Origin: Eukaryota sp. TZLM1-RC | Lineage: Eukaryota > Protista > Metamonada: BaSk clade | Assembly: GCA_040285825.1 (NCBI GenBank) | Contig: JAUPSS010000004.1 | Span: forward strand, 620,001 to 684,000 | DNA: 64,000 bases | Direction: 5' to 3' | Program-made: the position numbers and the translations under genes | Shown: piece after piece, positions 59,628 through 64,000 of the stretch | Position numbering within the stretch: the stretch's first letter is position 1 | How the letters are laid out: each line of letters opens with the position of its first letter | Notes under the pieces: generated by a model | The model's input: the letters and a program-made list of their open reading frames with translations, nothing else | The model's database searches: none | What the model was told of the DNA's origin: nothing

Positions 59628-61206
59628 TAATAGATAATATATATTGACATCATATATGAAAAGAAGTCACTGGTATCTTGAAAAGAAGTCACTAGTAAAA
59701 ATTGAGAAGCTTGGTCCTTCCCTCTTCACCTCACAAATCCCATTAAACAATTGTTGAACAATTGTCTCTATTATGACATTCTCACTGGCCAAGAGGTAGG
59801 TTTGCTATTCAGACTCATTGGCAATTTCGACAGCCTTGATCTTGATACATCAATAAAGATGTTGATTTTCCAGAACTTGGAAGATAAAATTACCCCAATT
59901 TTGAATTCAGATGATCCATTACTTGAATCTCCTTACTCAAGTGGCTGCAAAGATTCTTTTTTAAATTATGCCATAAAAAGTCTTCAGAAAAGCATTTCAA
60001 ATAGAGAAAAGTTCTTGAAAAGCTATCATTCCCCCATTCTTCCCATCAAAAAATTCCACTGGAGGAAGCAAAACAAGACCCCTACTCAATAGTCAGTTTC
60101 TTATTTTTATTTATTTTTATTTTTATTTTCCCCGTTTATGTAATGGTGTACAAGTACCTACTTGGTCTCCTACGGTTTCCTGGGATACATTTAGATTTCC
60201 ATCTGAACCTCCATCAGCTCTTCGTTTTGTTTTGATTTACGAGTGTTTTTTGGTGGCTTTGTTAACGGGACCATTGCAGTGGTTGTCTTCTCCTCTTTCG
60301 TGTACGATAACAAAGTCAATTTCTTACAAGATAGGAAACATTTTCTTGACGATTCTGTTCTTCACTGGATCCGTGGTGAGGAATGCAATATTCCTACGAT
60401 CTGTGAAAATGGTCAGATGCCTAGTAATGAGAAAGCTTTCCAGATAACTTTCGGTTAATTTTAATAAAATCGTGTTTAATTCTTTTTGTACAGTAGACCA
60501 TTTGTTAACAAATAGCTATTGTTTGAAATATTATGCTATGAAAGTATTAAAGGCAGTTAGGATGAAGATAGTTTAAAACCCATGTAATACATGATACGGT
60601 ATGCACTAACGAGATACCCACCATATTTTCTATAAAATGCCTTCATAACAATAACAAAGAATCCAAGGAACCTTTTATTGATTAAAGAAAATTAGTTGAA
60701 AGAAATCTTTTGTTTGCTAATTATTCTAATTACCGCGATCATGTCATTTAAAACCAGATTAATATCATCTCAACTCCATTCACAGCACGAATTCTTTGTG
60801 TTTTCCACAAGAAAGGTACAATCAAAACCTAATACTAATGTTGATTCATCTTCAGGTAGGACATGTGGCGACGAATCCTGAAAAAGGCATATTAATTAGT
60901 AAAAGTGACCTTCTTTGGGTTTCCTTGGCTTCGAATTTTAATATTAATAAAAGCAATGATGTTTTCATATTTATTCGTTTTTAAGATGTCAATTAGATCA
61001 ACAAGCATCGTACAAATACTTATGTTCAAGGACTACCGACTGATGAATCATTTATTGCTTTGTATGAAACTAAAATACAACCCGTGTAATTGCAAATATT
61101 GAGCCAACACTAACGTACATGCCAAGCGAAGATGGTTGACTGTAGTAAATTCGGAAAACGTGATTCCATGAGTAAAAAATGTAGTTTTATTCTACATAAT
61201 CAATTC

Positions 61207-63114
61207 TTACTTACAGGACAAACTGCAAAATTTGAGCCTTTCAGCAGCCTTTGGATGACCAGCATTCTTGGCCTTTTCGTACCATTCAATAGCTTGATGA
61301 ATGTCTTTGGGTACACCTTTACCCTTGCTGTAACAATTACCTAAATTGTACATCGCTACTTTGTGACCCAAATCGGCAGCTTTTTGGTAATAATAAACTG
61401 CTTGAGAATAGTCTTGTTCAACACCACGACCAAAACCAAAACAATAACCAAGCTCATTCATTGAATCAGCATGACCTGCATCAGCAGCTTTTTGAAACCA
61501 ATAACAAGCTTGTTGATAGTCTTGATCAACACCAAACCCTTGTCTATAACAATTACCTAAATTACCCATTGCTTGAACATCACCAGCATCAGCTGCCATC
61601 TTGTACAAATGCACACACTGCTCATGATTCTTTTGCACACCAAGACCATTTTTGTAACAAAAACCCAATCCAGTCATTGCTTTAGCATTACCAGCATCCG
61701 TGGCCTTTTCAAACCAAAAAACTGCTTCCTGATAGAGTTTCTCACGGTAAAAGTTCAATCCCTTTTCAAACATTTGTTGAGGTGAGTACACGTCATCAAT
61801 CCGCTCGATGGCATAGTTTTCAGGTTCAACATCCCAATTTTGGCCGAAATTGCCACAATTGCTTCCTTCATCCTCAGAAGAACTGTCATCCGCTGATAAA
61901 TGCTGGACATTGTAATTCCTTGGAAATCCAACCATGTTCTGTTGAGAATCTTGGTCAATTTCGGAATTTTTTAAATTGTTTATATCACTAACCAATTGAT
62001 TAATTAATTCATCTTTCTCCAAAATTTCGTGACTTTTTTGCTCTAAATCTTGGGACAACTGCTGAAGTTTGAAACTCTGATCAGAGATTTCTGATGACAG
62101 TTTCCTATTTAATTCATCAGCCACTGATTTGGCTTCGCGTAAAGATTCAATTTCAATTTTGAATTGGTGATTCTCCATCTCAAGGCTGGAGTTAGATGAC
62201 CGTAATTGCTGGTTTTCTTGAGTTAATTCCTGAATGTGCCTACTTAATTCAGTAATTCGGCTAGCTTGGCCCTGGCAATTCTGACAATATTCATTAGTGT
62301 TGGGTTTGTTGACTGTAGGCAAATCTTCAGCATAATTTTCCAGCAAAGTCAATGTCTGAATGATATGGTCAATAGTTGGTCTGCTTGAGGGGTCATTTGA
62401 CATGCATTGATTGACCAAATTTTGTAAAATTTCTGGATCCTCGTGATCAAATGGAAGCTCTTTGCCCTGATACTTGGCACCCAATAGGGAAAATTGAGTA
62501 TTTAAACCCTCAAAAGCTACTTTATTAGTAAGCAATTCATATAAAATTACCCCAATAGAATAAATATCAGAGGCTTCTGTTATTCTATTGTCAAAAACCT
62601 CTAAAGCAGCATATTTAGGGGTAAAGGTGAGTGAAGTGGAATTGGCAGTGTGATCAGCGATGATTTTTGAAGTTCCAAAGTCAGCGAGTCGAAGTTGGCC
62701 ATTTACGAGCAAGATGTTTTGCGGCTTGAGGTCACCGTGGATGACAGATTTCGAATGGAGAACCTTCATGGCACAGCAAAACTCCTTGGCGATGGTGAGA
62801 TTTTGTTTTGTTAAAGAAGAGGGAACACCAAGACAAGAGGTAGCAAGCTCCATTACTATCCCAATCATGTCGTCGATATAGGTGACTCCAAAAACACGGA
62901 GAATGGCGGGACTGTTCAACATGGACAGGAGAGCGACCTCCTTCTTGAGTTTTGCCCTTCCTTCATCAGAGAGAAAGACGAGTTTGACGGCCACTGAGAG
63001 GGAGAACCATCTTGCAGAAAGGACAGAAGCAAAGCCTCCACGACCAATTTTCTCACCTAATACGATATCATGTGGATTGATTTCGGAGCAGGAAATCTGA
63101 GAGGGCGAAGACAT
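61207..63114 (-). CDS. TKL-type protein kinase plus coiled coil plus SEL1-like repeats
   Basis: IGRGGFASV, VAVK, IHGDLKPQN, LADFG, SDIYSIG; about five SEL1 repeats (AMYNLGNCYSKGKGVPKD..A..WYEKA). Likely start MSSPSQ at 63114. Confidence 0.9.
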   Translation of the reverse strand: MSSPSQISCSEINPHDIVLGEKIGRGGFASVLSARWFSLSVAVKLVFLSDEGRAKLKKEVALLSMLNSPAILRVFGVTYIDDMIGIVMELATSCLGVPSSLTKQNLTIAKEFCCAMKVLHSKSVIHGDLKPQNILLVNGQLRLADFGTSKIIADHTANSTSLTFTPKYAALEVFDNRITEASDIYSIGVILYELLTNKVAFEGLNTQFSLLGAKYQGKELPFDHEDPEILQNLVNQCMSNDPSSRPTIDHIIQTLTLLENYAEDLPTVNKPNTNEYCQNCQGQASRITELSRHIQELTQENQQLRSSNSSLEMENHQFKIEIESLREAKSVADELNRKLSSEISDQSFKLQQLSQDLEQKSHEILEKDELINQLVSDINNLKNSEIDQDSQQNMVGFPRNYNVQHLSADDSSSEDEGSNCGNFGQNWDVEPENYAIERIDDVYSPQQMFEKGLNFYREKLYQEAVFWFEKATDAGNAKAMTGLGFCYKNGLGVQKNHEQCVHLYKMAADAGDVQAMGNLGNCYRQGFGVDQDYQQACYWFQKAADAGHADSMNELGYCFGFGRGVEQDYSQAVYYYQKAADLGHKVAMYNLGNCYSKGKGVPKDIHQAIEWYEKAKNAGHPKAAERLKFCSLSCK

Positions 63115-63446
63115 GTTAGAAGTGAATGTAGCAACAATTAAATCTTGTTTTCCGAGACAAGGAGGTAAATTTATTATTATTTTGAATAATGACGTGAATG
63201 TCATTAATAAAACATTGTGTGTCTGCTAAGGGGTTATGTTTCTCCTATTTTATTTCTTCCTATGAATAGCCCATTAACTTTAAATGATTCGGAAATCATT
63301 GTCAAACATGGAACAACACTGGCATCAGATCACCCTAAATATTGCTGACAACGTAATAAATATTTATTTTATTTTATTTTATTTTATTTTATTTATTAAA
63401 TATATATTTATTTTCTACAAAGAATCAAATAAACAAGTATTCCTCT

Positions 63447-63800
63447 TTGGATTTATTAAATTATGAAATGATAGGTCAAAAAGAGGATATTTATGCCCTT
63501 GGTGTTATTTTATTTGAACTATTTTCCGGCAAATCTGCTTTAGCCGGACTCGAGGATGCCCAAATAATAATGGCAAAATCCAAGGGAAACAACCCAGATC
63601 ATGGTGGTTTACCTCAAGAAATTGCTGAATTAATTAATAATTGCTGGAATAATGATCCAAATAAAAGACCAAATATTTCTGAAATTAAAAAAGTTTTGGG
63701 TAATGTTTTATTTAACATGATTGGTTACGAAACTAGTGATTTTAATCCAGAATTAATTCTTCAACAAATCCATTCATTGAATGTTGAAAATGTTGAATAA
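63447..63800 (+). pseudogene. Kinase C-lobe fragment followed by coiled-coil sequence
   Basis: EDIYALGVILFEL..CWNNDPNKRP. No N-lobe visible upstream. Confidence 0.6.
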
Positions 63801-64000
63801 TAATCAAAAATGAGTGATTTAAATCATTTATTAGAAGAAAAAAAGATCAAACTTGAATGTTCTTTTAAAGCAATAGAACGACTAAATTCTTTATTGGATA
63901 GTAATCAAAATCGGTCAATTGGTTAAGAATTAAATATTAATAATAATGAATTAATTAATTGCTTAAAAGAATCTTTGTTTTCGATGAAGAGTGATATGGA

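Noticed and set aside
59751-61200. Short plus-strand ORFs
   Set aside because: No motif support; may be decayed gene pieces but cannot be assigned.

Overview
AT-rich, gene-dense eukaryotic (protist) DNA, roughly half of it transposon-derived. Intron ends with the branch point fused to the 3' splice site suggest a metamonad-like host (inference). Main contents: (1) a stand-alone, full-length Fanzor1 (eukaryotic TnpB-type RNA-guided nuclease) at 434-2338 (-), with all three RuvC acidic residues and a structured candidate omegaRNA just past its stop codon, plus a decayed Fanzor1 of another subfamily with its own structured 3' RNA at about 30526-31290; (2) a tandem Ty3/gypsy (chromovirus-like) insertion, LTR-internal-LTR-internal-LTR, at 8214-22864, with 151-bp LTRs, a 4-bp GATG TSD, a large N-terminal Gag extension, and a palindrome where the tRNA primer-binding site should be; (3) many CRE/SLACS-type non-LTR retrotransposons (RT plus restriction-like endonuclease), one near full length at 39887-43229 and several nested; (4) two non-autonomous hAT elements (630 bp and 52 bp) with 8-bp TSDs; (5) host genes: C1D/Rrp47-like, RCC1+LRR, several TKL-type kinases and pseudokinases, a TIS11-type CCCH protein, WD40, KAT14-like GNAT, a two-intron amidohydrolase, a protein with an eIF4E-binding motif and MA3-like domain, and a kinase N-lobe fused to a bacterial-type GNAT. 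Many frameshifts fall in homopolymers and differ between near-identical repeat copies, so they are probably long-read consensus errors. All calls come from motif recognition by eye; no database searches were run.
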